Shown here: positions 19,287 to 28,521 of the stretch, one piece after another
Layout: each line of letters opens with the position of its first letter
Numbering within the stretch: the first letter of the stretch is position 1
Notes under the pieces: model-generated
What the model saw: the letters and a program-made list of their open reading frames with translations, nothing else
What the model was told of the DNA's origin: nothing
The model's database searches: none
Assembly: GCA_008369845.1 (NCBI GenBank)
Contig: MRSU01003047.1
Span: 1-34,872 of the forward strand
DNA length: 34,872 nt
Direction of reading: 5' to 3'
Origin: Trichomonas gallinae
Lineage: Eukaryota
Made by a program: the position numbers and the translations under genes

Positions 19287-20636
19287 ATGTCACTTTTCAA
19301 AAAAATGAAAACGAAAAAAAGAACACAGAAGCTTACAATGCCCCGAAATCCTCTTGAATCCACATTCGCACCCCCTACAACTGCAGATATTCGCGCAGCA
19401 TTGAAAATTGAACCAGGAAAAAGAAATAACGAACAAATTCAAGTCATTTTTCGCTCATTTTTACTTAATCCTAAGATGACTTATCTCATAGAGTCATCAA
19501 AGGAACTCGAAGAACTCGCTAAACACGCGACATACAAATTAATGCAAAAAGGAGACGTTTTATTCTTCGAAGGCGACGACTCAGACGGCTGGTTTGTGTC
19601 TCTATCTGGCACAACTGATGTAATCATTAGGTTGTTTTTAGTTGCTGAAGATTGTTTATTTGATTCAGATGCAACAGAATCAACAGAATTTGCTCCATTG
19701 ATGTCGAAAATGGATCTAGACATACAGCATGATAAGTTACAAAGAGTGAAAGTCAACAATCCCGGTGAAGTTTTTGGATATCATTCTTTTATTCCTGATG
19801 TAAACAGCAAATCAGCTTCTAGCTGGAAGAGAGCATCAACAATCGTTTGTTCATCAGAGTTTTGCGAGTTAATCTGCTTGCCGACAAATCTTTTCAGTCA
19901 ATTTGCTTTAATTAAGCAAAGAGACTTGTATCACAGCCATTGCGAGATAATACATCGCGTTTTCTCACGTCTTAGAGAAGACCAAGTCGAACATTTGGCT
20001 CTTTTAGCTGATGTTATGAAAGTTCCTGCCAAATCGACAATAACAAGCGAAAAATGCTACGGAAGATTCATATACATCATAAAAACAGGCACAATTGCTC
20101 GTTACAGAGTCGTAGATTTCTCAGATTTGAGTTTTCGAACAATAGATGCGCCATTTGAAACACTGCAGCTTCATTTCCCGGATGGAATGCATCCAGTGCA
20201 CACAGACAACCTAGTAACTGACAGTGTTTTCGTTGATCCTTCAATACACACGCTTTATGATAACGAATTTAACATAAAAACAACATCAGACGTAGAATTG
20301 ATTGCTTTGAACATAGACTACTTCAAGATAATCGTCGGTGCCTTCGAGTTGGAGCGCGTCAGGCAGGAAATCAAGAGCACACTCACCGATGGCCAGGTCA
20401 AAAAGATATGGTTCGATAACGAGAAGAAAAGACTTTGGGAAAAATTCAGAGCTAGAACGGCAAATGAAGCTAAAATGGAACTGAAAGGAGATTTGGACTT
20501 CAAAACTGGTGCAACAATTGCTAGAAAAGCTGATGTTCCTACATCAATACCAGCATTTAGACCAAGAAATGTGAAGCCATTTGCTCCAAGTCACCTAGCA
20601 TGCACAAAAGACTTCTCTGAACCAATGAGTTATTAG
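19287..20636 (+). CDS. Cyclic nucleotide-binding domain protein (one clear and one degenerate CNB domain)
   Basis: KGDVLFFEGDDSDGWFVSLSG...PGEVFG...KRASTIVC matches the CNB beta-barrel. A second repeat contains FIYIIKTG...TTSDVELIALN. Confidence 0.85.
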   Translation: MSLFKKMKTKKRTQKLTMPRNPLESTFAPPTTADIRAALKIEPGKRNNEQIQVIFRSFLLNPKMTYLIESSKELEELAKHATYKLMQKGDVLFFEGDDSDGWFVSLSGTTDVIIRLFLVAEDCLFDSDATESTEFAPLMSKMDLDIQHDKLQRVKVNNPGEVFGYHSFIPDVNSKSASSWKRASTIVCSSEFCELICLPTNLFSQFALIKQRDLYHSHCEIIHRVFSRLREDQVEHLALLADVMKVPAKSTITSEKCYGRFIYIIKTGTIARYRVVDFSDLSFRTIDAPFETLQLHFPDGMHPVHTDNLVTDSVFVDPSIHTLYDNEFNIKTTSDVELIALNIDYFKIIVGAFELERVRQEIKSTLTDGQVKKIWFDNEKKRLWEKFRARTANEAKMELKGDLDFKTGATIARKADVPTSIPAFRPRNVKPFAPSHLACTKDFSEPMSY

Positions 20637-21016
20637 TTTTATATTTTGTATATTATTGTTATAAATTGACTAAATTATTCCAATATATTCTGCATTATGT
20701 CTACTATTGTGCAGTTGATTAGAACTGAACTAAAATAGGTGCTTACACTTCGACTATTTCCCAGAACTCTCTATGGTTCTAACATATTTTAATTAGCTAA
20801 AATAATTTTTACAATAAAATTAAATAATTTTTTAAGGGTGCACATGGAGGATTAGAGACTATACAAAATTTTCTATGAAAAACAAATTTTTATGCACAAC
20901 AGTTTTTTTCTCGAAAATTAATCACAGATTAATAATAACAAGCAATCATCTGTTGAATCACTGCAAAAGATCAATAGAGATGATCATGCACTGAAAAAAA
21001 AACAATAATATTATTT

Positions 21017-24000
21017 ATGTTGTCTTTCATTATAATTAATGCTTATTCAGCAATACATAGCACTGCTGGAACAGATGAAATTTATGCTCAAGAAATCGAT
21101 TCAGTCATCATAATCGGAAATGTTTCTAAACCTGAAAATGTTAAACATATTCATGAAGCAAATTTCTCAAAACCAATTCAGGATCATGAATATATGTGGC
21201 CTGGACACCCAAAACCTTATTATATAGAAATATCTGATCTAGAAAAAGAGCGTGATTTGATTCAACAATATTTCTGTACAAACAGTCAAACTATGACACA
21301 GGATGATTTATATTACCATCCAGCAGGAACAAAACAATTCTATGAAAATGATGATTCAAGAATAGCTAATGCTCAAAGATACAAAATAAGAATTTTTATG
21401 AATACAAGGTACAACAAATATCACTGGACTGGATTTTATGCACCTCCAGGTGAGTTGATTACCATAGAAATACCAGAAAAAGCAGTTGGAAAAATTCAAT
21501 TCAGAATTAACTCCCATGTAAGAACTAGAACTGAATACAAATATAACAGGCTTGATCAAGTATATTGTTTTCCACCTAAGATGAATTCATCAATCGTCAA
21601 GTTTGGCTGGCCTTTTGGTGGATCACTAGAACTTTATACAGAAATGGATTCATTTCCTGAAGGTGTTGAGGCCAATATTACTGGTGTCATCAAAATGCCA
21701 TACTTTAGATATGGTGTCACTAGCGATGAAGAATGGAATAATGAAATTCGCCACTATCCAGCTCCATTAACTGTTGTAGACTCCGGATCAATCCACTTTG
21801 TTGGTCCTAGCTCAATGGTACGCCATGTACTTAATCCAAGCAAGAGTATGGCAATTTGGCGAACTGTGTCACAAGTATACTATTCACTTCAAAATGGATC
21901 CTCTTCATTCAGGCGTCCAGATAACAGAATCCTTGACCCTGTTCACATGTACTTTGATGATTATATTCCACGATCTGCTTATGCTATCGCCGAAATTTAC
22001 TTAAACTACATCATTATCCCATGTCGTGATTTTCATTTGATAATGGATTCAACTGCCAATCAATGGGGATGCCACGTTATACTCCACGAGTATGGCCACA
22101 TGTTCCAATCAAAATGGTTCTTCAATGGTGATGAAGAAGTCACAAATACTCATATGAATTACATTAATTATAATATGTGGGCATACTGCGAAGGATCAAG
22201 GCAGCCTGGTATTGATAACACTGTTACAGCGCAGCATGATTCCGATGATCCAGAATTCACCTGCTACAAGTCGCTTGAAGACAATGAAGACAGGACTGTT
22301 GTTTACAAGAGATTTTGGAATGTTTTGTACTACTCATTTGGCCCTGATAAACACAAAGAGGCCATTAATGCGTATGCATCAGAAAAGTACTACAAAAAAG
22401 CACGCATGGGAGCCGGTGGAGTTTTGTTATTAACAATGTCGAAAGTCCATGGCTTTGATTTCCGCAGGTACTTCAAATCATTTGAAAAGCCATTCAACAT
22501 ATTCGACTTTAACGACAGATTATATTTTAATCCATCTGTTTTCGAAGAACTCGATAAAATGAAATTACCTGAGTTCAACCCAGTTGCCAACATTTACCAG
22601 ACTGGCTATGTTCGCAATGGCGTCGAGATAGACTTTGTCGAACCATTCCACATTTTCGCCAAAGAAAACTATACATTTGATTTCAATGTCTTTAGAACAA
22701 GGCCTGGTTGTAGCAATTTCAAATTTGATTCAATCGAAACGAAAAGTCTTAAAGGCACATTGACAGAAATATCAAATGGAAAATACAAATATACACCTCC
22801 AAACTCTGACCCAATCGAAAAGATTTATGTTAAATACAGAGATCTTGAAAATAACAATTTAACTACAACATTAGTCAAATTCAAACAATTCTATACCGGA
22901 ACAAAGCTTTATTTCAAGGTTCCTAGCAATCAATATATCAAGAACTATCAATACTATAATGAGTTCCTCCCATTCAAGCCAGATGAGTACACACAAATAA
23001 TGTCAAGTCTGCCAATGAAAATTCCACCGTTTAACAGTCATCTAAATTCTTCAAGGGGATTGATTTGTCTAGCAGAAGGCGCTTACATTGCACCAAGAAC
23101 AGCCAAATACAGTTTTTACGCGACATGTAATAGGAATTTTCTTATTTATTTCTCAAACGAATCATTCAGTTCGGATGGTCCTGAACCATTAGAAAAATTA
23201 GTTACAAATCATACTCGATATGCATGCAAGGATAAATATGCATTCACTTCTGAATTGAAACAAGGTGTAAAATACTATTACAGGATCATTGTATATGAAG
23301 CATCAGGAGTCCCTTCTTTTAGCTGTCGTGTCAGAATTAATTATGGTGAAGCATTCTCTGAGCTTGAAGAAAACTATTCAAGACTCGTAAACTGTGATCT
23401 CTCAGACATGAGCCAAAATCCAATGCCGCTCCAATTATTAGAAGACCCAACAATCGGACTTTACCACGACTACAAGACGATAAGATATACATCATCTCTG
23501 TACAATACAAGTAATAACATCAAATTCGAATATATAAATGCTGATGGCGTTGACAGAAAAATCACCTCGCCATTCCCGATCAATTATATCTTCGAAAGTA
23601 AAAACAACATCAGAGTTAACAAGATGTACTTGCAAGCTGCTAATGATTTGCCAATGAATTCAAATATCAAAATCAAATGTGATGGTAATATAGTTTATAG
23701 CGGCGTATATAAATCAGATCAACCAAACATTACTTTTGATTCCACGCATGATGGAAATCACTTTGAGATCATCATAGAATCCAATACACATGGAGCATAC
23801 TCCTCACTCGAAGTTGTGATTCCAATGTTTAAGATAAGTAGCACTAAGAACATCATCCCTGTTACTCATACAAAGATTCTCACAGAAGGTGATGCGAAAC
23901 TCACGGCAAAGGGTCTTTACTACAATGGAAAGGGCATGAATCTCAAGACAGGATCGTCTATGAAGTTCACAATTCAACTAAATTCCTCCGGTGATTCGAT

Positions 24001-24781
24001 AGGATTTATTGGCGATAAATGTACATATGGAGGCTCGTTTGATGTTTATATCGATGGAAAATTTGATAGACGTGTTTACACTAATTCTTTCCTTGCAAAC
24101 GAAGATTTGCTTTTGGCTGGTGATAAGTTCTATCAAGCACCATTAACTGGTATAAGAAACTTAGTCCCTGCCTCAAAGCACACTGTTAAAATTCAAAACG
24201 TTAAAGGCGAGGTTACACTTGCAGGCTTCCTATCAAATGGTAACATTATTGATTATGAAGATGTTAATATCACAACACATCCGCCAAGCTATCTTGACAA
24301 AGAAATTTTATTTACAGAACATAGCAATAATGAGCATATTGTAATTCCTCCACCAATAGATGATGACGACAATAATGAAACAGGTAAAGATGATGAAAAA
24401 GAAAACGACAAAGATGATGAAAAAGAAAACGACAAAGATGATGAAAAAGAAAACGACAAAGATGATGAAAAAGATAACGACAAAGATGATGAAAAAGATA
24501 AGGATGATCAAGATAAGGAAAACAATGCATCAGATTCATCTTATGACTCTTCTGACCCGGCATCCATATCATCTACACATGATGAATTCCCCGAAAATGA
24601 TTCCAAAGTTGGAAGCTCAAAGAAGAAAATATTAGTAGTATCTTTGTCAATAGGCACATTCGTCGTAGTAGCTGCAGCAGCAGTTATTGTTGCTATTATT
24701 TTGATAAAAATCAGATCATCAAGAATTGCATCATATGAAAGCGAGTTGAATTCTCCTGACTCTGATGAAATTGACATATAA
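21017..24781 (+). CDS. M60-like (enhancin-related) surface zinc metallopeptidase with PA14-like and galactose-binding-like domains, type I membrane protein
   Basis: It has a short signal-like N-terminus, WTGFYAPPGELITIEIP (M60-like N-domain), and HEYGH (22085-22099) followed by EEVTN (gluzincin third ligand). Then come a PA14-like segment EGAYIAPRTAKYSFY, GGSFDVYIDGK, an acidic stalk, a TM helix ILVVSLSIGTFVVVAAAAVIVAIILI and a short acidic tail. Confidence 0.9.
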   Translation: MLSFIIINAYSAIHSTAGTDEIYAQEIDSVIIIGNVSKPENVKHIHEANFSKPIQDHEYMWPGHPKPYYIEISDLEKERDLIQQYFCTNSQTMTQDDLYYHPAGTKQFYENDDSRIANAQRYKIRIFMNTRYNKYHWTGFYAPPGELITIEIPEKAVGKIQFRINSHVRTRTEYKYNRLDQVYCFPPKMNSSIVKFGWPFGGSLELYTEMDSFPEGVEANITGVIKMPYFRYGVTSDEEWNNEIRHYPAPLTVVDSGSIHFVGPSSMVRHVLNPSKSMAIWRTVSQVYYSLQNGSSSFRRPDNRILDPVHMYFDDYIPRSAYAIAEIYLNYIIIPCRDFHLIMDSTANQWGCHVILHEYGHMFQSKWFFNGDEEVTNTHMNYINYNMWAYCEGSRQPGIDNTVTAQHDSDDPEFTCYKSLEDNEDRTVVYKRFWNVLYYSFGPDKHKEAINAYASEKYYKKARMGAGGVLLLTMSKVHGFDFRRYFKSFEKPFNIFDFNDRLYFNPSVFEELDKMKLPEFNPVANIYQTGYVRNGVEIDFVEPFHIFAKENYTFDFNVFRTRPGCSNFKFDSIETKSLKGTLTEISNGKYKYTPPNSDPIEKIYVKYRDLENNNLTTTLVKFKQFYTGTKLYFKVPSNQYIKNYQYYNEFLPFKPDEYTQIMSSLPMKIPPFNSHLNSSRGLICLAEGAYIAPRTAKYSFYATCNRNFLIYFSNESFSSDGPEPLEKLVTNHTRYACKDKYAFTSELKQGVKYYYRIIVYEASGVPSFSCRVRINYGEAFSELEENYSRLVNCDLSDMSQNPMPLQLLEDPTIGLYHDYKTIRYTSSLYNTSNNIKFEYINADGVDRKITSPFPINYIFESKNNIRVNKMYLQAANDLPMNSNIKIKCDGNIVYSGVYKSDQPNITFDSTHDGNHFEIIIESNTHGAYSSLEVVIPMFKISSTKNIIPVTHTKILTEGDAKLTAKGLYYNGKGMNLKTGSSMKFTIQLNSSGDSIGFIGDKCTYGGSFDVYIDGKFDRRVYTNSFLANEDLLLAGDKFYQAPLTGIRNLVPASKHTVKIQNVKGEVTLAGFLSNGNIIDYEDVNITTHPPSYLDKEILFTEHSNNEHIVIPPPIDDDDNNETGKDDEKENDKDDEKENDKDDEKENDKDDEKDNDKDDEKDKDDQDKENNASDSSYDSSDPASISSTHDEFPENDSKVGSSKKKILVVSLSIGTFVVVAAAAVIVAIILIKIRSSRIASYESELNSPDSDEIDI
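24386..24500 (+). repeat. 24-bp coding minisatellite (KDDEKEND, about 4.8 copies)
   Basis: AAAGATGATGAAAAAGAAAACGAC occurs exactly at 24386, 24410 and 24434, with one mismatch at 24458, and partially at 24482. Confidence 0.95.
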
Positions 24782-25753
24782 TGTTCAATTTAAAATATTA
24801 AGGGTCGACCGACATAGTTAGTGAGGGGGTCATGCATGCTGTTACGTGTATTTTGACCAAAAATGCATAAGCATGCATATCCCATTGGACACTGTTAACA
24901 TACTATCGTATTATCAGGTCATAAAAGCAAAAATAAATCTAAGATCTAAAATAATTTTCAATTTAAACGTTTAGATGATACCTAAAAGTTATTTTATGAC
25001 CCAAAAAAATTGTCATAGCAAAGATTGTATGACGTTTATCTCCAACGTGGAATGGTCAAAGAGTGGTACATACTGAATAATATTGCCTAAACGTGAACGC
25101 ATGCTTATGAAGTTATTAGCAAAAACTTCATCACGTATTTCAGTCCTACAAGCTAAATGATGTAGTTTTACACCACAAGCTTCGATGAAAACATATATAC
25201 ACCAAAAATCTTATTTTATTATTTCCTTTCTCGACTTTTCCCAAATCCATTGGGAGTTTACCGCAAATACATTTAAATTATTCTTTTTTATCATATTTAT
25301 AGGTGTGAAAGTGAAGATTTGAGTGTGAGACATGCTTCATTTTAATCACTTTTTTTGTGCGCACCACACATTTTGCGATCAGTTTTACAGACAATAATTT
25401 CATCCGGTTGAAAAATAAAAATTTTAATATTTGATTTTCGAAAACATCAACAATATTCGAGCATACACAATATAACAATTGCTTGAATCCTAGATATCTT
25501 GACTTTTACAAGCTTGGAAATTTGCATTTTTATATACATCCTTAAAATGCATAGATAAATCTAATTTATTTGTCATTGCATTTCCAGACATGTGTGACAT
25601 ATATTTTTCCACAATACAAATAAGAATGAAGAAAATGTCGAATTACAATACATATTAATTATGATGTATGATTCTAAATAATTCGTAAATTTGCATTATC
25701 TACAGTTATTAGAAAATTGAGACTATAACATATCAATTTAAAAAGTAAGTTAA

Positions 25754-26091
25754 GGCTTGTACTTCGCTTAATCAGTCTTTAAAGAGAGAATAATTTTTTG
25801 CTAAAAAATAAAAAGCCTTTCATTGATAATAATTATTATCGGCTAGAATAGCTAAATATCGCTATAAAAACGTCATAATACTCGCACGATGATATTTTTG
25901 CAGTGAAAAATAGCTAATCTTGTTAACAATGTATAACATATTTCAATGAGCGAGAATCGCTTCGATTTTTAACAATCTTGAAAACAGAACATGAAGCATC
26001 GTGCTGTTGACACTTTGCTACAAGTATTTCGTATTTGATGAATCAAACTGGTGAATTCATGATTGTGATGCGTTTTATGGCATTACAAGCC
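25754..26091. mobile_element. Candidate non-autonomous TTAA-flanked element (Kolobok-like MITE)
   Basis: TTAA|GGCTTGTA at 25750-25761 and TACAAGCC|TTAA at 26084-26095 give an 8-bp terminal inverted repeat with TTAA on both sides of a 338-bp non-coding segment. Confidence 0.35.
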
Positions 26092-26239
26092 TTAAATAGG
26101 ATAGAAAAACGTAGAATGAATGAGGAGTTCGTCGAGAAAGTAAGCATAAGCTATCAACATATTACTTCAGCATCCAATATGAACGGAATAGCAGACCTAT
26201 GGTAAAAAAATAATTATTTATCAAAAATGAATAACATGA

Positions 26240-27538
26240 TTATATGCTGCTTTTCACGATATCGATGGCCTGAGAAACAGTGAGTTCTGAGTTAAGTTTT
26301 GTTAAACAGGCCTTGATGGCGTTGACAAATTTAGCTGCTTCATCGTCTGTAGCATCTCCAGGCATGTAGTTGAACATAGCGTAGAGTTCTGCCCTAGAAG
26401 GTGTCTCGACAACATAAGAAATCAATGAATTCCATCTGCAGGAAACACATCCATCGACAACAGTGTCTAGTGTAATATCATCAATGAGCTCGCTCATTTT
26501 GACGACACCATTGTATAGCAATTCTATGCCTGCGCCATCAGGGTTCTCTGTCATTGCGAATGATTCTGCGAGCATTCTATTCATGAGAGAATAGTAGCCG
26601 AAATATTCGTGAGCGTCCATAGACTTCTTGTAGGATGCTGTGATGCGGCTTGTAACATCAGAAAGTTTGTCATTTGGTGATGCATTTGTAAATGCGTCGA
26701 CATAGCTTAAGAAGTATGTATACACATATTTATGGAGTATTTCATTACGAATTTTATCGTCAGTGAGCTTCTTTTTGATGTATTCTTCCGCATAAGATTT
26801 ATTTTTGCTTTCTACTGTTCTCATGTCGATTGGTATAGCGCAGCCCATCTTGTACTCCTTCTGTGGTGGATTTAACGCTGCAGTGGAAATAGCAATTGCT
26901 GCCATAAGGCTGTCGAACATTTTTTCGTGTTCTAAGCCTGAAACATCAGTATACTTAATATCACTTATTGGCACTTTGAATTTAAGTGACTGTACAAATC
27001 TGGTAGCGTCCTGTGCTTTTGATTTTGTCAACAATCTGGAAATGTTTGGATCTGAAGCGCAGAAATATTTAGCTGGTGGGGTTGATCTGATCTCATTTTC
27101 GAAGTATATAGCAGGATCAATTGGTAATGCATCCAAAGAAACAATTTTTGCGACTTCTTTCTGCGAAATATCATTGGCAAGGTCCATTCCGAACTTGAAA
27201 TCGCCAAGTGCGTGATTAATATGGAGTACTATGATGTTATCTTTGACTCCTATTGCGCCTAGTGACTTTGTTGAATCGAGGCCAACATTATCACGCATCC
27301 AAACTGCTGCTTCCGCGATATCCTTGACTGTATCGGGGATATTAACAACATCAGGATTCTTTTGACCAGCAACAAGCTTGATTTCTTCAAATTTAACTCT
27401 TAAACCGATGCAGCGTTCTTGTATCCTAGAAATAACATCAGGAACGTCTTTCTTATCATGAACTGCAATGCACATTTGCAAATAGCAGTTAGCAAATAAC
27501 TGCAATAACTCAAGTCCTGATGAATCTCTAGATTCCAT
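26240..27538 (-). CDS. CoA-dependent acyltransferase/condensation-fold protein
   Basis: 432 aa ORF. IVLHINHALGD carries an HxxxD motif after a beta-strand, and AIPIDMR resembles the PVxxR motif of the C-terminal lobe in this fold. Confidence 0.6.
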   Translation of the reverse strand: MESRDSSGLELLQLFANCYLQMCIAVHDKKDVPDVISRIQERCIGLRVKFEEIKLVAGQKNPDVVNIPDTVKDIAEAAVWMRDNVGLDSTKSLGAIGVKDNIIVLHINHALGDFKFGMDLANDISQKEVAKIVSLDALPIDPAIYFENEIRSTPPAKYFCASDPNISRLLTKSKAQDATRFVQSLKFKVPISDIKYTDVSGLEHEKMFDSLMAAIAISTAALNPPQKEYKMGCAIPIDMRTVESKNKSYAEEYIKKKLTDDKIRNEILHKYVYTYFLSYVDAFTNASPNDKLSDVTSRITASYKKSMDAHEYFGYYSLMNRMLAESFAMTENPDGAGIELLYNGVVKMSELIDDITLDTVVDGCVSCRWNSLISYVVETPSRAELYAMFNYMPGDATDDEAAKFVNAIKACLTKLNSELTVSQAIDIVKSSI

Positions 27539-27585
27539 AATTTGTCAGGTTTTAATAATTGACACTTTTTATATTACCTCACACT

Positions 27586-27820
27586 TAAACTTTACATGTC
27601 AAATATATTCAATTTTTAATATTTACATGACATTTTCAGATGTAAACTTCTGTGGCATCAACTTTTATTTTACATGACAATTTACCAAATTTAAGTAGTT
27701 TACATGTCAAATGTATTTAATAATCAATTCAGTTTTTATTTTACATGGCATTTTTATGTGTAAACTACTGTAGCAGCAATATTTACTTTATATGACAATT
27801 TTTATCTTACGCGTCAAATG
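27586..27820. repeat. Diverged tandem duplication (about 2 x 110 bp plus a partial unit) rich in TTTACATG(T/A)CA
   Basis: The block TTTACATGTCAAAT.TATT ... TGTAAACT.CTGT.GCA.CAA ... TTTA.ATGACAATTT occurs twice, starting at 27591 and 27699. Confidence 0.8.
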
Positions 27821-27935
27821 TAGTTAAAATTCAATTCAATCTTTAATTTACAAATCAGATTTGCAAAAGTAGACGTTTAAATTCGTCACTTTTCGCGTTA
27901 AAATATTTTTTGCTCAATTTTTTTGTAGATAAATT

Positions 27936-28181
27936 ATGGGTGGTTGCTGCTCTTGTTGTAATAAAAACCAGGATGCTATGGATGAGGAAGAAGACTCTGA
28001 GGAAGCTTTTCAAGAACGAGCTCTCAATCCTGAACCAGGACCTGCGCCACCGGATCCTGACAATCCTGCAATTCCACCAAATCACATTTCTGTCTACAAT
28101 ACGGCTGATAATCCATTAGATGGAAAAGAGGAGTTTATTGAAAATGAACTTTCTCCACTCAGCGATAGTAACGGCATTTAA
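27936..28181 (+). CDS. Small acidic protein with predicted N-myristoylation/palmitoylation signal
   Basis: 81 aa starting MGGCCSCC (MGxxxS plus a Cys cluster), followed by an acidic, Pro-rich body. It is GC-richer than its flanks. Confidence 0.75.
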   Translation: MGGCCSCCNKNQDAMDEEEDSEEAFQERALNPEPGPAPPDPDNPAIPPNHISVYNTADNPLDGKEEFIENELSPLSDSNGI

Positions 28182-28521
28182 TTCTTTTAATACCATTATT
28201 TTCGATTACCCATAATTGGAGCATCATTGCGAATATATTTCCAATGATTTTCGTTGATAATATTTCAAATTTGAATTCAAGTCGCTCAAATCTCATCGAA
28301 TGTTATTGTATACTATTATCTTGATACTAATTTGCTAATATTTAATGTTCAACGAATTATTTTTTTTCGGAATTTTAATTTTTATTGTTTGTTAACTTTT
28401 GTAATAATATAAATCTCTATTCATGCTACTGGCTTTATATCTTTTTATATACAAACCGCGAGATTCCTTATATTTCATAAAATGATAAAATTATAAATAA
28501 ATTCAAACATTTTATATATAA

